From contig CAZZDD010000004.1 of the NCBI GenBank assembly GCA_964652185.1, positions 258 through 64,257 of the forward strand: a stretch of 64,000 bases of DNA, in the 5' to 3' direction. The stretch is from an uncultured Candidatus Peribacteria bacterium. GTDB taxonomy: Bacteria; Patescibacteriota; Gracilibacteria; Peribacterales; Peribacteraceae. The notes under the pieces are model-generated. The model saw only the letters and a list, made by a program, of their open reading frames with translations. It searched no databases and was not told the DNA's origin. How positions within the stretch are numbered: the stretch's first letter is position 1; every line of letters starts with the position of its first letter. Positions 9,448-18,792 of this stretch are shown piece after piece. A program made the position numbers and the translations under genes.

Positions 9448-9642
9448 GTGGCTAAGAACTCGGAAGTTGCGGGAGAAACGGAAGTCGAGGCCGTGGCGCG
9501 TGAAATCTACACCGCCACGGTCATCGACAACCTTAGCCGCTACGTGCCGATGGCGCTAGCGGCGAAGTCATTCGAGGCGGCGGAAGCGTTCGTCGCCTAT
9601 CGCAAATCACTACGCCAGAACGCTGGCAAACCCAAGGAGTAA
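9448..9642 (+). CDS. Hypothetical protein
   Basis: 64 aa with a GTG start, in the head module. Confidence 0.4.
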   Translation: MAKNSEVAGETEVEAVAREIYTATVIDNLSRYVPMALAAKSFEAAEAFVAYRKSLRQNAGKPKE

Positions 9643-9648
9643 CGTCCT

Positions 9649-10413
9649 ATGCCGACTCGCGGCTACACCGACCCAGGCACGCGCCGGGTCTCGCACTACG
9701 ACCCCACGCTTTCCAGCGGCTACAGCGTCAACCTGTGGAAGACCTGCCCCATTCTGGAATACTTGCACGACCCGTCCATCGGCATCCTGCTGGATGAGCA
9801 GTGGAACAGCTACAACGCGGCGGCCACGACTGGGGATTACATCCTCACGCAGGCGGGCGCTGCGGGTTCCGCTGCGAAGTCCACGACGATGCAGGGCGTG
9901 CTCTCCATCGACTCGGGCAGCACGACGGTCACGCAAGGGGCGAACGTCCAACGTGCCAAGAGCATGTTTCTGCCGGCCTCTGGCAAGAGCATCTGGGCCG
10001 AGTTCCAGGTGAAGTACACCGGCGTCTCCAATCTCAACGTGGAGACGTTCATCGGCCTGTCGGAAATCGATACCACGATCATCGGCTCCAGCGCGGTCAG
10101 CACTTCCAACCATATCGGCTGGCAAAGCGTGACCGACGACGGCGTGTTGCTGTTCGATGCGGAAAAGGCCACGGCTGGCACCACGGCGGCGGCGACCACC
10201 ATCGTCTCCGACACGTGGGTCAAACTCGGCTTCTTCTACGACGGATCGGCGGACACGCTCCAGCAGTACATCAACGGTGTGGCGACTGGCTCGGCCATCG
10301 CGACCGCGAACATCGCCAAGGTGGCGCTGTATCCGTCCTTCGTCTGTCAATCGGGCGGTACGGATCAGCCCGTCATGCACCTGCGTCCCTATCGCATCTT
10401 CCAGCTCCTGTAA
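9649..10413 (+). CDS. Hypothetical virion protein (possible jelly-roll/ConA-like fold)
   Basis: AAGGAG RBS. 254 aa. WVKLGFFYDGSADTLQQYINGVATGS resembles lectin-fold strands. The fold assignment is unverified. Confidence 0.5.
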   Translation: MPTRGYTDPGTRRVSHYDPTLSSGYSVNLWKTCPILEYLHDPSIGILLDEQWNSYNAAATTGDYILTQAGAAGSAAKSTTMQGVLSIDSGSTTVTQGANVQRAKSMFLPASGKSIWAEFQVKYTGVSNLNVETFIGLSEIDTTIIGSSAVSTSNHIGWQSVTDDGVLLFDAEKATAGTTAAATTIVSDTWVKLGFFYDGSADTLQQYINGVATGSAIATANIAKVALYPSFVCQSGGTDQPVMHLRPYRIFQLL

Positions 10414-10428
10414 CCCGCTAGGTGAGAC

Positions 10429-11091
10429 GTGGCACTCACTACTAGAGCGATCGTCAAAGCGCGTCTTGGGATTGCGTCTACGGACACGTCCCAAGATGCG
10501 CTCATTGACACGTTGGTTGAGGAGGCGGACAGCGCGGTCAAGGAGCACATTGGGCTCAATATCGAGCAGGGCACCTACACCGAGTATTACAAGGGCAACG
10601 GCACGCGGGCTCTGGTGCTGCGTGAACGGCCCGTGCAAAGCATCACGTCCATTCACGTGGACAACGATGGCTACTTCGGTTTCGGGTCTTCTCCGTTCGC
10701 GACTGCTGACCTGCTGACGGCCGGCACGGACTACGCGCTCGATTACGTGAGCAGCGGCGAGTATTCCAAGTCGGGCATCGTCTACCGGGTTGGCACGGTC
10801 TGGCCCTCGGTCAGCGTGGATGTCGGGCTGCTGTCTCCGCAACAGGCCAAGGCGCTCGGGAATATTAAAGTCGTCTACGTGGCAGGTTTTGCCACGGTGC
10901 CCAAGGTCTATCAGGAGATGGCGACCAAGTACACCTGTTGGAAGTTCAAGACGGACGGTTCGGCGGGGCTGCTTTCCAGCGAGTCGATTAGCGATACGTC
11001 CTATTCGTATTCGCTCGGTGCCTTGGAAGGAAAGAGTCAGGCGGAAGTGCTCTCGGCAATCTGTGGCTCGTTTCGGGAGTGGACCGTATGA
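10429..11091 (+). CDS. Head-tail connector (gp6-like) protein
   Basis: The N-terminus ALTTRAIVKARLGIASTDTSQDALIDTLVEEADSAVKEHIG is typical of gp6-like head-tail connector proteins. Confidence 0.6.
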   Translation: MALTTRAIVKARLGIASTDTSQDALIDTLVEEADSAVKEHIGLNIEQGTYTEYYKGNGTRALVLRERPVQSITSIHVDNDGYFGFGSSPFATADLLTAGTDYALDYVSSGEYSKSGIVYRVGTVWPSVSVDVGLLSPQQAKALGNIKVVYVAGFATVPKVYQEMATKYTCWKFKTDGSAGLLSSESISDTSYSYSLGALEGKSQAEVLSAICGSFREWTV

Positions 11092-11435
11092 ACGTGGCAT
11101 TCGTGCGCAGTCGCTTCGTCATCATGCCAGGCTCGTTCACGGGTACGCTGGCGGTCAGCAACAACGACGACGAAGACATCACGATTCCAGGGTGCCAGCG
11201 AGCGCCCTATGAGCAGTCGGACGTGATTAACTACGGCGGCGTGATGGACAACGCGGAGCGGACGGTGTTTCTGCTGCCCTGCCAGAACGTCGTCAACGCG
11301 TCGGGAGAGGCGGTAACGCCACGGCCCGACAATCTGTTCACCGATTCCGCCGGCGACGTGTGGAGCGTGCTGGCGGTCACGCAGACGCTCAAGAACACGT
11401 GGTGGCGGTGCCCGGCCAGCAAGACAACGAGGTAA
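11088..11435 (+). CDS. Hypothetical head-closure/adaptor-position protein
   Basis: ATGA overlap with the upstream stop. 115 aa. The call is positional. Confidence 0.45.
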   Translation: MNVAFVRSRFVIMPGSFTGTLAVSNNDDEDITIPGCQRAPYEQSDVINYGGVMDNAERTVFLLPCQNVVNASGEAVTPRPDNLFTDSAGDVWSVLAVTQTLKNTWWRCPASKTTR

Positions 11436-11438
11436 CGA

Positions 11439-11960
11439 ATGCCAGCCATTCTCCGTATCGCGAACATTTCGAGTTGCCGCATTGACGGGCGGGCCGATGC
11501 CGATCCGCAACAGCCTACGGTTCAGGTCACGAACAAATACGAAGAGTTCCTGACCTATGGCACTGGGGCGAATCAGGTCAATACGTGCTGGTGGGAGACT
11601 CGTACGGTCTCGGCCGGGGCGAATGATGACTTAGACCTCACTGCGATCACGAAGAGCACGCCGGCTGGAACGGCTACGGTCAACTTCGCCTGCATCAAGG
11701 CGATTCAGATTGAGAATCTGAGCACGACCACGGGCGACTATCTGCTGGTCGGGAAGGTGTCTGCGGTAACGAATGGTTGGGAAGGTCCGTTTAGCACGGT
11801 GAGCGGCGGCTTGCAGCGCGTCGAGGCGGAGGGCTGCTACAGCAACTTTCAGAAGAGCGCCGCCGGCTGGACGGTGGACTCCACCCACAAGGTGCTGCGG
11901 ATCAACAACCCTGGCGCAGCGGCTATCTCCTACCGCATCACGTTGGAAGGGGAGGCGTAA
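11439..11960 (+). CDS. Hypothetical virion protein
   Basis: 173 aa, tightly packed between the connector genes and the beta-helix protein. Confidence 0.45.
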   Translation: MPAILRIANISSCRIDGRADADPQQPTVQVTNKYEEFLTYGTGANQVNTCWWETRTVSAGANDDLDLTAITKSTPAGTATVNFACIKAIQIENLSTTTGDYLLVGKVSAVTNGWEGPFSTVSGGLQRVEAEGCYSNFQKSAAGWTVDSTHKVLRINNPGAAAISYRITLEGEA

Positions 11961-14612
11961 GTGGCTCTGTCCGGCGTGGTAGCTACCGATGCGAACGGCG
12001 GGATCGTTGCGTTTGGGAACGTGACGATTTCGACCACTGGCGGGCAGGGGCCTGCCGGCGAGGACGGCTACCGCCCGACGTTTGACGTGACGCGCGATAC
12101 CTACGGCGCTGTAGGGGATGGCGTGACGGACGACAGAGCGGCTATCAATCTCGCCATCGCGGCGGCGGAGGCAGAGGCGGCTAGTTCTGGCGGTGTGTCC
12201 GAAGTCTTCTTTCCACCAGATCGCGTGTTCTCGGTCGCAGGCTACATCGAAGTCGATGACACTGGCAGCGTGCGGCTCTATGGATATGGTGCCACGATCA
12301 AGCAGGCGGTCGGGAGCGGAAATCAGCTTCTCTACATCGGCAAAGACAATGTGACCGTCGAGGGATTGGTTATCGACGGCAACTACCCGACGGTCAAAGG
12401 CCCAGCGACGACATCGGGGACCGCTCGGGCGGGCGGAGCGTCTACAATCAAGTTGGCTTTAGCCGCGTCCAGCAGCAATGACGCTTATAACGCGCTCGTG
12501 ATTGAGATTACTGGCGGCGAAGGCGCTGGTCAGGTGCGGACAATCTCCACGTACACGGGCGCGGACCGAGACGCCACGATCATCGGCGATTGGGACACGG
12601 AGCCCGATAATACTTCAACCTACGCCATCTACACCGGAGACGGTCATGGCGTCAACGTGCTGGCGGATAACGTCGTCCTCCGCAATGTGATCGCTCGCAA
12701 CACCAAGGGCGAGGGGATTGCGGCGCAGACCGGGAGCGGCGAAGTCACGCTGATCGATTGCAAGTCCGAGAACACCGGACTGGGCGGCATGCACGTTAAA
12801 GGCGATGTCATTCGCTATCGCGGCTGCAAGGTCTACGACTGGAACTCGCGGGCTCTGCTGACCGGGATTCGTGGCATCGAGTTCGACGCGCAGGAATGCG
12901 ACGCGGAATCAATCGAGATCACGGATACCTATCTGGAGTTGAACGAAGATGCAATCTTCACCGATGGCATCTTGATCGACTGCGGCGACAACGACCTGAC
13001 CGACGGTGACAGCACGCGAACGCCATTCGGCAACAGCGGTCAGGCCACGAATGACGGAGGATATGCAGCGTTCACGCTTGATGCTGGGCATGGCTTCAAG
13101 GTCGGCGATAGCGTTTGGCTCGACGACAGCGGAGAGCCGGCCTACGACGGCCCAACATCTGCTGGCAAGTCTCACATCATTCGTGCCATCAAGGGCACTG
13201 GCAACGTCTATGCACGCTATGTGTCGTCTACGACGCTGACACTCCACCACAGCCCGGCGGAGGCGCGTTCTGGCTCGAATGCGGTGGACATCACAGGAGC
13301 GGGCACGGGGACGACGTACATCACGGCGATTCGTTCCGGCCGCAATACAATCAGCTCGGTGGATGCAAGTACGAACATCATCACAACGACGAGTGCGCAC
13401 GGTTTCATCACAGGAATGATGGTCCGTCTGACTCGTGGCGCAACGGATACGGCCATGCCCGGCGGTCTGGCGAACGCTGGCACAATCGTTCTCAACACCG
13501 CGTACACGAACCCGGGCTCCGGCGCAACCTACATGCGCCCCAAGCGCGTCCGCAATGTCACGATGAAGAACGTGACGGTCAACTGGCATTCCAGCGATTC
13601 GGCGGATACGAACGGCATCAAAATCAACAATGCCGAGAACGTCCAGCTTGACCGCGTTATCGTCAACGACCCGCCCGTCTACACCGGCGACACCGCATCG
13701 TCGATTCGCCTGGGTCAAGGGCTGCGCAAGGTGTCAATGACGGACTGCGTTCTGTCTGGCACGCTGACCAATAACGTGTTGGCGATTATCCCCGACCTGA
13801 CCATCGACCGCTGCGACATCGGCGGCGCTGCCTTGCCGGAGAACGCCATCACAACACTGGCGGCCCGGAAGCTGAGCATCACCAACAGCACCTTGAGATT
13901 TAGCTTTGCGGCAATCGACGTGGGTGGCGTGGAAAGCATTCGCGATTCCGACATTGAGCAATGGGTTATTACTGACAACATCTTGGAGGGCGAATCCTCC
14001 TCGCGTTGCCGAGTGTTTGACATCGGCGATATCTCACAGCTTGTCAATTCCGGCAAGATCGTCTTTGCCCGCAATGAGCGCCGGAACGTCGGTTCCTATC
14101 CAGGACTGGCAATCAGTTCGGTGAACACCGGCACGGACGTTATCACCATGTCCACGTTCCATCAGTTGGACACGGGCGACACGGTGGAGATGGTTTCGGC
14201 AGACCCGCCCTTGGGCAGTTCGGACAACACCGAGTATTTCGTACGCAAGACAGGCAATACGACGCTCAAGCTCTACACCACGAAGGCCGACGCTTTTGCA
14301 GACACGAACGCCGTGGATTTGTCTGATTCTGGGAGCGGCAGCACGCTCTGGAGCCACAAGATTGGCGTGCAGTTCTCCAATAACGGCAACCGCGATTTCC
14401 TGTTTCAGCAAAAGGACGACTCTGGGAAGAACTTCTACGGCATCGCCGCGCCGAGCGGAACCGTGATTGCCTACAACGTCGGGGACATCGTATGGGCGAT
14501 GCACCCGGCTGATGGTGAGCCACCCGGTTGGCTGTGCACTTCTCCGGGGACCGTACTGTCAAGCGTGGGAACGTTTGTCGCGTTGGCGGAACTTGGCGCG
14601 TTGAAGGTATAG
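11961..14612 (+). CDS. Pectate-lyase-like right-handed beta-helix protein (neck appendage / tailspike-like depolymerase candidate)
   Basis: The N-terminal YGAVGDGVTDDRAAINLAIAAA is the pectate_lyase_3 / glycosidase beta-helix signature. Repetitive NxxxxN coils follow. 883 aa. Confidence 0.8.
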   Translation: MALSGVVATDANGGIVAFGNVTISTTGGQGPAGEDGYRPTFDVTRDTYGAVGDGVTDDRAAINLAIAAAEAEAASSGGVSEVFFPPDRVFSVAGYIEVDDTGSVRLYGYGATIKQAVGSGNQLLYIGKDNVTVEGLVIDGNYPTVKGPATTSGTARAGGASTIKLALAASSSNDAYNALVIEITGGEGAGQVRTISTYTGADRDATIIGDWDTEPDNTSTYAIYTGDGHGVNVLADNVVLRNVIARNTKGEGIAAQTGSGEVTLIDCKSENTGLGGMHVKGDVIRYRGCKVYDWNSRALLTGIRGIEFDAQECDAESIEITDTYLELNEDAIFTDGILIDCGDNDLTDGDSTRTPFGNSGQATNDGGYAAFTLDAGHGFKVGDSVWLDDSGEPAYDGPTSAGKSHIIRAIKGTGNVYARYVSSTTLTLHHSPAEARSGSNAVDITGAGTGTTYITAIRSGRNTISSVDASTNIITTTSAHGFITGMMVRLTRGATDTAMPGGLANAGTIVLNTAYTNPGSGATYMRPKRVRNVTMKNVTVNWHSSDSADTNGIKINNAENVQLDRVIVNDPPVYTGDTASSIRLGQGLRKVSMTDCVLSGTLTNNVLAIIPDLTIDRCDIGGAALPENAITTLAARKLSITNSTLRFSFAAIDVGGVESIRDSDIEQWVITDNILEGESSSRCRVFDIGDISQLVNSGKIVFARNERRNVGSYPGLAISSVNTGTDVITMSTFHQLDTGDTVEMVSADPPLGSSDNTEYFVRKTGNTTLKLYTTKADAFADTNAVDLSDSGSGSTLWSHKIGVQFSNNGNRDFLFQQKDDSGKNFYGIAAPSGTVIAYNVGDIVWAMHPADGEPPGWLCTSPGTVLSSVGTFVALAELGALKV

Positions 14613-15446
14613 GCAGGGCAGCAGCACGCAGAGAATCACGACTGTGGCAGGCTCGGGAACAGGCGTGGCGATTGATTCACCAAATGTATTGCGAACCGTG
14701 TTTAGGTCATTCAAATCCACGATGCCGTCCAGTGGAAGCGATTCGCCACGAGGGTCACTTGTTCCAAGCAACGAACGAACATTGTTAAGGTCTTCCAGAT
14801 CGACAACGCCGTCTCCGTTGGTATCTCCATCAGGTCTAGCGTCTTTGGCGTAAACAGCCCACCCACCATTCATTGAGTATCCCACATACCCATTGCCACC
14901 ACCAACCAATGCAATATCGCCAAGGAGAACTGAGTAAGTGGCAGGTCTTAGTAGGTAGTTTGGGTTGTCTGAAAACACATTGACTAGCGCACCAGGACTA
15001 TTCCGAATCCAAAACTCGTGATTGGCTCCAGCGTAAGAACGGACGTTGATTTCCTGTGAACCGCCAGAGAACTGAAACAACGAACCAAGGCTCGTCGAGC
15101 CATCAATGTTGATTATTGCGTTGCCAGAGCCGAGCACATGGCGATTTGAGAATCGGCCGTCCAAGAAGTCCACCTTGTTATCCCCGAGAATGCGAATGTC
15201 ACCGCGCAGGTCAGCATTACGAAACACAAGAGAGGAGTTGTCCCACAGGTTGATGTGCGAGATCAGGATCGGCCGGTCGCCATCGACCGGCGAGTCAATG
15301 GTCAGTGTGGCATTGCCACGGACGTTGACCGTGTTGGCTTCATCCAGGATGTCGTAGTCGATCGTCAAGTCCTCGGAGACTTCGATAGCCAGAGCCGGAG
15401 ATACGAACAAAGCGCAGAACGCGCAGCAGAGAATGCGAGAGTACAT
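14559..15446 (-). CDS. Secreted PEP-CTERM protein with dockerin-like Ca-binding repeats (moron)
   Basis: Signal peptide MYSRILCCAFCALFVSPALA. Repeats DTNGDGVVDLEDLNNVRSLLG and LDGIVDLNDLNTVRNTFG. C-terminus PVPEPATVVILCVLLPCLYLQRAKFRQRDKR (PEP motif, TM helix, basic tail). GGGGAGGA RBS. Visibly AT-richer than its neighbours. On the opposite strand to the virion operon. Confidence 0.7.
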   Translation of the reverse strand: MYSRILCCAFCALFVSPALAIEVSEDLTIDYDILDEANTVNVRGNATLTIDSPVDGDRPILISHINLWDNSSLVFRNADLRGDIRILGDNKVDFLDGRFSNRHVLGSGNAIINIDGSTSLGSLFQFSGGSQEINVRSYAGANHEFWIRNSPGALVNVFSDNPNYLLRPATYSVLLGDIALVGGGNGYVGYSMNGGWAVYAKDARPDGDTNGDGVVDLEDLNNVRSLLGTSDPRGESLPLDGIVDLNDLNTVRNTFGESIATPVPEPATVVILCVLLPCLYLQRAKFRQRDKRSHA

Positions 15447-15476
15447 CGTCAGTCCTCCCCAGAGGGTTGATGAGCA

Positions 15477-15512
15477 GGGCCGACCCCGGAGAGCCACGCT
15501 CCGGGGCGGCCC
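15477..15512. repeat. GC-rich inverted repeat (14 bp with one bulge, 7-nt loop) in a divergent intergenic region
   Basis: GGGCCGACCCCGGAG-AGCCACG-CTCCGGGGCGGCCC. No T-tract on either strand. Confidence 0.5.
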
Positions 15513-15540
15513 GATTGAACACGGTTTAGCCTAATGACTA

Positions 15541-16026
15541 GTGGCACGGGAAGCAACAGAACGGGGCGCGCCAAACATGGCAATCGGCGAAAAAACCATT
15601 CAGGCGGAAAACTTCGGGCGGGTGGCCGCAGAGATGGCCCGTGCGCTCGGTTCCGCTTCGCTGACGCCCGTGATGCGGGAAATGAAGCTCGTGGCAGAAG
15701 AGGCCATTGCCGTCAACTTCCTGGAAAGCCAGGAGTCCAGCGGGGCCAAATGGGCACCACGGAAGCGGGATTACCCGTGGCCGATCCTCATCAAGACTGG
15801 GCACTTGATGCGATCGGCGACCACGGAGAGCGAAGCCGGGCACGTGGAGGCCGTGGGCGACCGAGACATGCTGACCGGAACGTCCGTGGGCTACGCCGCA
15901 TATCACCAATACGGCACGGAGCGGATGGTGGCTCGTCCGTTTGAGGCGGTGCCGGACGCGGCGGTGGACGTGATGGAAGACCTGTTGGCGGACTACATCC
16001 AAGACGCGGTATTCGAGGGAGCGTAA
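15541..16026 (+). CDS. Virion morphogenesis / tail-completion protein (Mu G / HK97 gp10-like)
   Basis: SSGAKWAPRKRDYPWPILIKTGHLMRS...GTSVGYAAYHQYGT fits the family pattern. GTG start at 15541, or ATG at 15577. Confidence 0.55.
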   Translation: MAREATERGAPNMAIGEKTIQAENFGRVAAEMARALGSASLTPVMREMKLVAEEAIAVNFLESQESSGAKWAPRKRDYPWPILIKTGHLMRSATTESEAGHVEAVGDRDMLTGTSVGYAAYHQYGTERMVARPFEAVPDAAVDVMEDLLADYIQDAVFEGA

Positions 16027-16827
16027 GTGGCGGTAGCAGTACCCACGCTCGATTTTCTTGACTCGGCGGACGGTTCCGGCGGGACGCTGACGATCAGCGG
16101 TTCCACCGGCGGCGCTACCAATACGTTCTACACGCAGCCGCTCGATTCGACGTGGTACGGGGACCAGGGATGGACCAGCCGGGGCAGCCGCACGGGAGAC
16201 GGCACGATCGCCGTTTCGCTTCAGCCGGGATTGTACCTGGGCTATGTGCTGTCCACGAGCGGTGTGGAGTCGAACGTGTCGAAGCCGCTCATGTTCCGCA
16301 CGTCCGAGGAAAGCGAGTCGATCTACTACCAGATTCTCAAGTCCGCCCAAGCCCGCATCAAGCTGCTCAACCTGAACGAGATCACCAACTCCAGCATCGT
16401 CGCATGGAAGATGCCTTTGACTCGCGCCGTCTCGTCATTGACCAGCACGGCGACCGGCAAAAGAGCGACATTCCCTGTCGTGATGCTGACCACGATGGAC
16501 GCCGAAACGCTCAACCCGGAAGCGGGCACGAACGCGCGAGACGACATCGGCTATCCCGTGGGCGTGGCGATGGTGTCCCTGTTAGAGGGCGAGTACGCCA
16601 AGCGCCCGGAGTACGACCACCTGGAGACAGGGCACGACCGGCACTTGCTGTGGCGGGAGCGGATTCGCAAGGCGTTTGTGAATCAACGCCTGCCAGGCGT
16701 GCCGGAAGTCTACCGCTGCATCGTGGAGCCGCGAGTCCCGCAGATTGCCGGGCTGCTTGGAGACAACCTGGAAGGCTCAGCGATGGTTTTGAGGTTCTTT
16801 ACCCGCGAGAGTCGCGGACTGACATAA
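16027..16827 (+). CDS. Hypothetical neck/tail protein
   Basis: GTG start directly after the upstream stop. 266 aa. Confidence 0.5.
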   Translation: MAVAVPTLDFLDSADGSGGTLTISGSTGGATNTFYTQPLDSTWYGDQGWTSRGSRTGDGTIAVSLQPGLYLGYVLSTSGVESNVSKPLMFRTSEESESIYYQILKSAQARIKLLNLNEITNSSIVAWKMPLTRAVSSLTSTATGKRATFPVVMLTTMDAETLNPEAGTNARDDIGYPVGVAMVSLLEGEYAKRPEYDHLETGHDRHLLWRERIRKAFVNQRLPGVPEVYRCIVEPRVPQIAGLLGDNLEGSAMVLRFFTRESRGLT

Positions 16828-16837
16828 GGAGCAAGAC

Positions 16838-17893
16838 ATGCCCGCACCAACTACCGGAACGCCGACCGAGGGCGTGTTCGCGAAACTGTGGATCGTGGAG
16901 TCCCTGCCGTTCGACGAAAGCTCGGCGCAATGCCTGGAGTTCTTGAGCGAAGGGCTGCGCCAATCGGTCACGATCTTCCACAGCGACGGTATCCGTGGGA
17001 CACGCTCCCGAGGCCGGGAACGCTGCCGGGAAGCCTCCCGCATTTGCAGTGGACCTATCACGCTCAACCCGACCAAGACCGAGCTGCGGACACTACTGCC
17101 GTGGATTCTCGGCACGAACGAGACCGGCTCCGGCACTTCCGGCTCGCCGTACAACTACGTGCTGGCGGAAGCGATGCAGGAGTTCCAAGTCCTCATCCTC
17201 CGCGTGGAGCCGTCCGCTTCGCACACCGACGAAGTGTTCCTCTACGAAGGCTGCCGGGTATCGTCCGCCACGTTCTCCGCTTCTGCCGGTGGACCGTTGA
17301 CGCTCACGCTGAACATCGAAGCCGAGACGGAGAAGTCGTTCGCCAACGGCTCGATTTCGACGGCCTACGACGCGGCGACGGCGGTAATGAGCGGCGGTTC
17401 GTCCGGCCGGAGCGTGCCGAGTTCCACGGTGGATACGAACTCCATTTTCATGTTCCACGACACTGGAGGTGCTAGCGGCAACTTTGTGCTTGGCAACGCC
17501 GACCGCGAGGCGTTTAGCTGGACGCTCACGATCAACAACGAACTGGACACCAGCCGGCAGATGAACAGCCTGACGCGGACCAGCATCCCGTCGATGGGGC
17601 GCACGGTCAGTATGTCGGCGGTTGTTCCGTTCACGGCGGCGGAAGATGAATTGTACGATCCGGGCGTCAATTCCACTTCGCCGGACATGAATACGAACAT
17701 CATCAAGTTCTACAACGAGCAGGGCACGAATGACGACGTGTTCCAGCTCACTTTGGCTACTTGGAACGTGGAGTCTGTGACTCCCACGGTGAACGGCAAG
17801 GGGGAAGTTGCTTTGGAACTCAGCGGCGACATCTACCGCAAGAACACATCGACCGCCAAGGCGGAAGTCTCGGCGGACATCTGGACCACCTAA
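16838..17893 (+). CDS. Major tail (tube) protein candidate
   Basis: 351 aa, immediately upstream of the chaperone pair and tape measure. The call is positional. Confidence 0.5.
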   Translation: MPAPTTGTPTEGVFAKLWIVESLPFDESSAQCLEFLSEGLRQSVTIFHSDGIRGTRSRGRERCREASRICSGPITLNPTKTELRTLLPWILGTNETGSGTSGSPYNYVLAEAMQEFQVLILRVEPSASHTDEVFLYEGCRVSSATFSASAGGPLTLTLNIEAETEKSFANGSISTAYDAATAVMSGGSSGRSVPSSTVDTNSIFMFHDTGGASGNFVLGNADREAFSWTLTINNELDTSRQMNSLTRTSIPSMGRTVSMSAVVPFTAAEDELYDPGVNSTSPDMNTNIIKFYNEQGTNDDVFQLTLATWNVESVTPTVNGKGEVALELSGDIYRKNTSTAKAEVSADIWTT

Positions 17894-17911
17894 TCACAAG
17901 GAGACGCGAGC

Positions 17912-18370
17912 GTGGCACGCGAACGACTGCGATACATTCGAGACGGGTACACCGAAGACGGTTTTATCCGTGCTCAACGAGGCATTTTCGACAAAGACCT
18001 GCGATTCCTGTTTCGCCCGATGACGAAGCTGGAGCAGCAGAAGCTCGTGCATGAAGTCTCACAGACGCGCAAGGACGACATCGCCCGGCAACTGAAGCTC
18101 CAGGCAATGGCCGTCTCTCGCAAGTTGGTGGAGTGGGACTACACGCAACCGGACGGCAAGCCGATTCCGATTTCGCACGAAGCCATCTTGGAAATGAAGC
18201 CATCGCTCGTGGACGCCTTGTGCGCCATCGTGTGCGGCTACGAAGGTTCGGACGCAGACGATCAGGCACCGCACCGCAAAGCGGACAGCGACGAAGCGGC
18301 GATGCAACGAATCTTCGGAGAAGAAACCACGACCGAGGATGCAGACGCAAAAAACTCCGTGACGGGCTGA
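17912..18370 (+). CDS. Tail assembly chaperone (gpG-like)
   Basis: 152 aa with an acidic C-terminus. Lies between the tube and tape-measure genes. Carries a slippery heptamer 13 nt before its stop codon. Confidence 0.65.
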   Translation: MARERLRYIRDGYTEDGFIRAQRGIFDKDLRFLFRPMTKLEQQKLVHEVSQTRKDDIARQLKLQAMAVSRKLVEWDYTQPDGKPIPISHEAILEMKPSLVDALCAIVCGYEGSDADDQAPHRKADSDEAAMQRIFGEETTTEDADAKNSVTG

Positions 18371-18792
18371 TTCTGCTTTTGACTCAGCCCGAGTTACACG
18401 ACCTGGATTGCCGAACTTGCTGGGTGTACTGCATTGATGAAAAGACGCAGAAGCCAGTACCGCGACGTGGCAACACTGGAGAATTTCAAAGGCGCGGCAA
18501 AGGCGTACCGCCACCGTGCAAGTCGTGCCCCAAAAAGAGTCCCGAGAAAGCGGCACAATATGAGTTGAGCGACAAGAACTGGCAAGCCTATCAGCACTAC
18601 CTGCGCTGCCGGGCGATGGGCTTTAACGGGATGCCGGAGTACGAGAAACGCGACCCGATCATTCAGCGGAACTTTCAGATTATTGATGAAGTGGTCCGGG
18701 CGGTGGAAGAGAAACAGCGGATGCAGGCCATGATGATGGCCGTACAGGGCAGCATGGCGAGCGTGGTTGCGGGAGCGAAGAAGAAACCATGA
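17912..18792 (+). CDS. Tail assembly chaperone G-T fusion via -1 programmed frameshift at 18349-18355
   Basis: The -1 frame is open from before the slip site to 18792. It has no ATG until far downstream. Its stop overlaps the tape-measure ATG (ATGA at 18789-18792). Confidence 0.55.
18349..18391 (+). promoter_or_regulatory. -1 frameshift signal: A_AAA_AAC, 7-nt spacer, 8-bp hairpin
   Basis: In the zero frame the site reads GCA AAA AAC. The CGGGCTGA (18363-18370) / TCAGCCCG (18384-18391) stem starts 7 nt after the heptamer. Confidence 0.55.
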
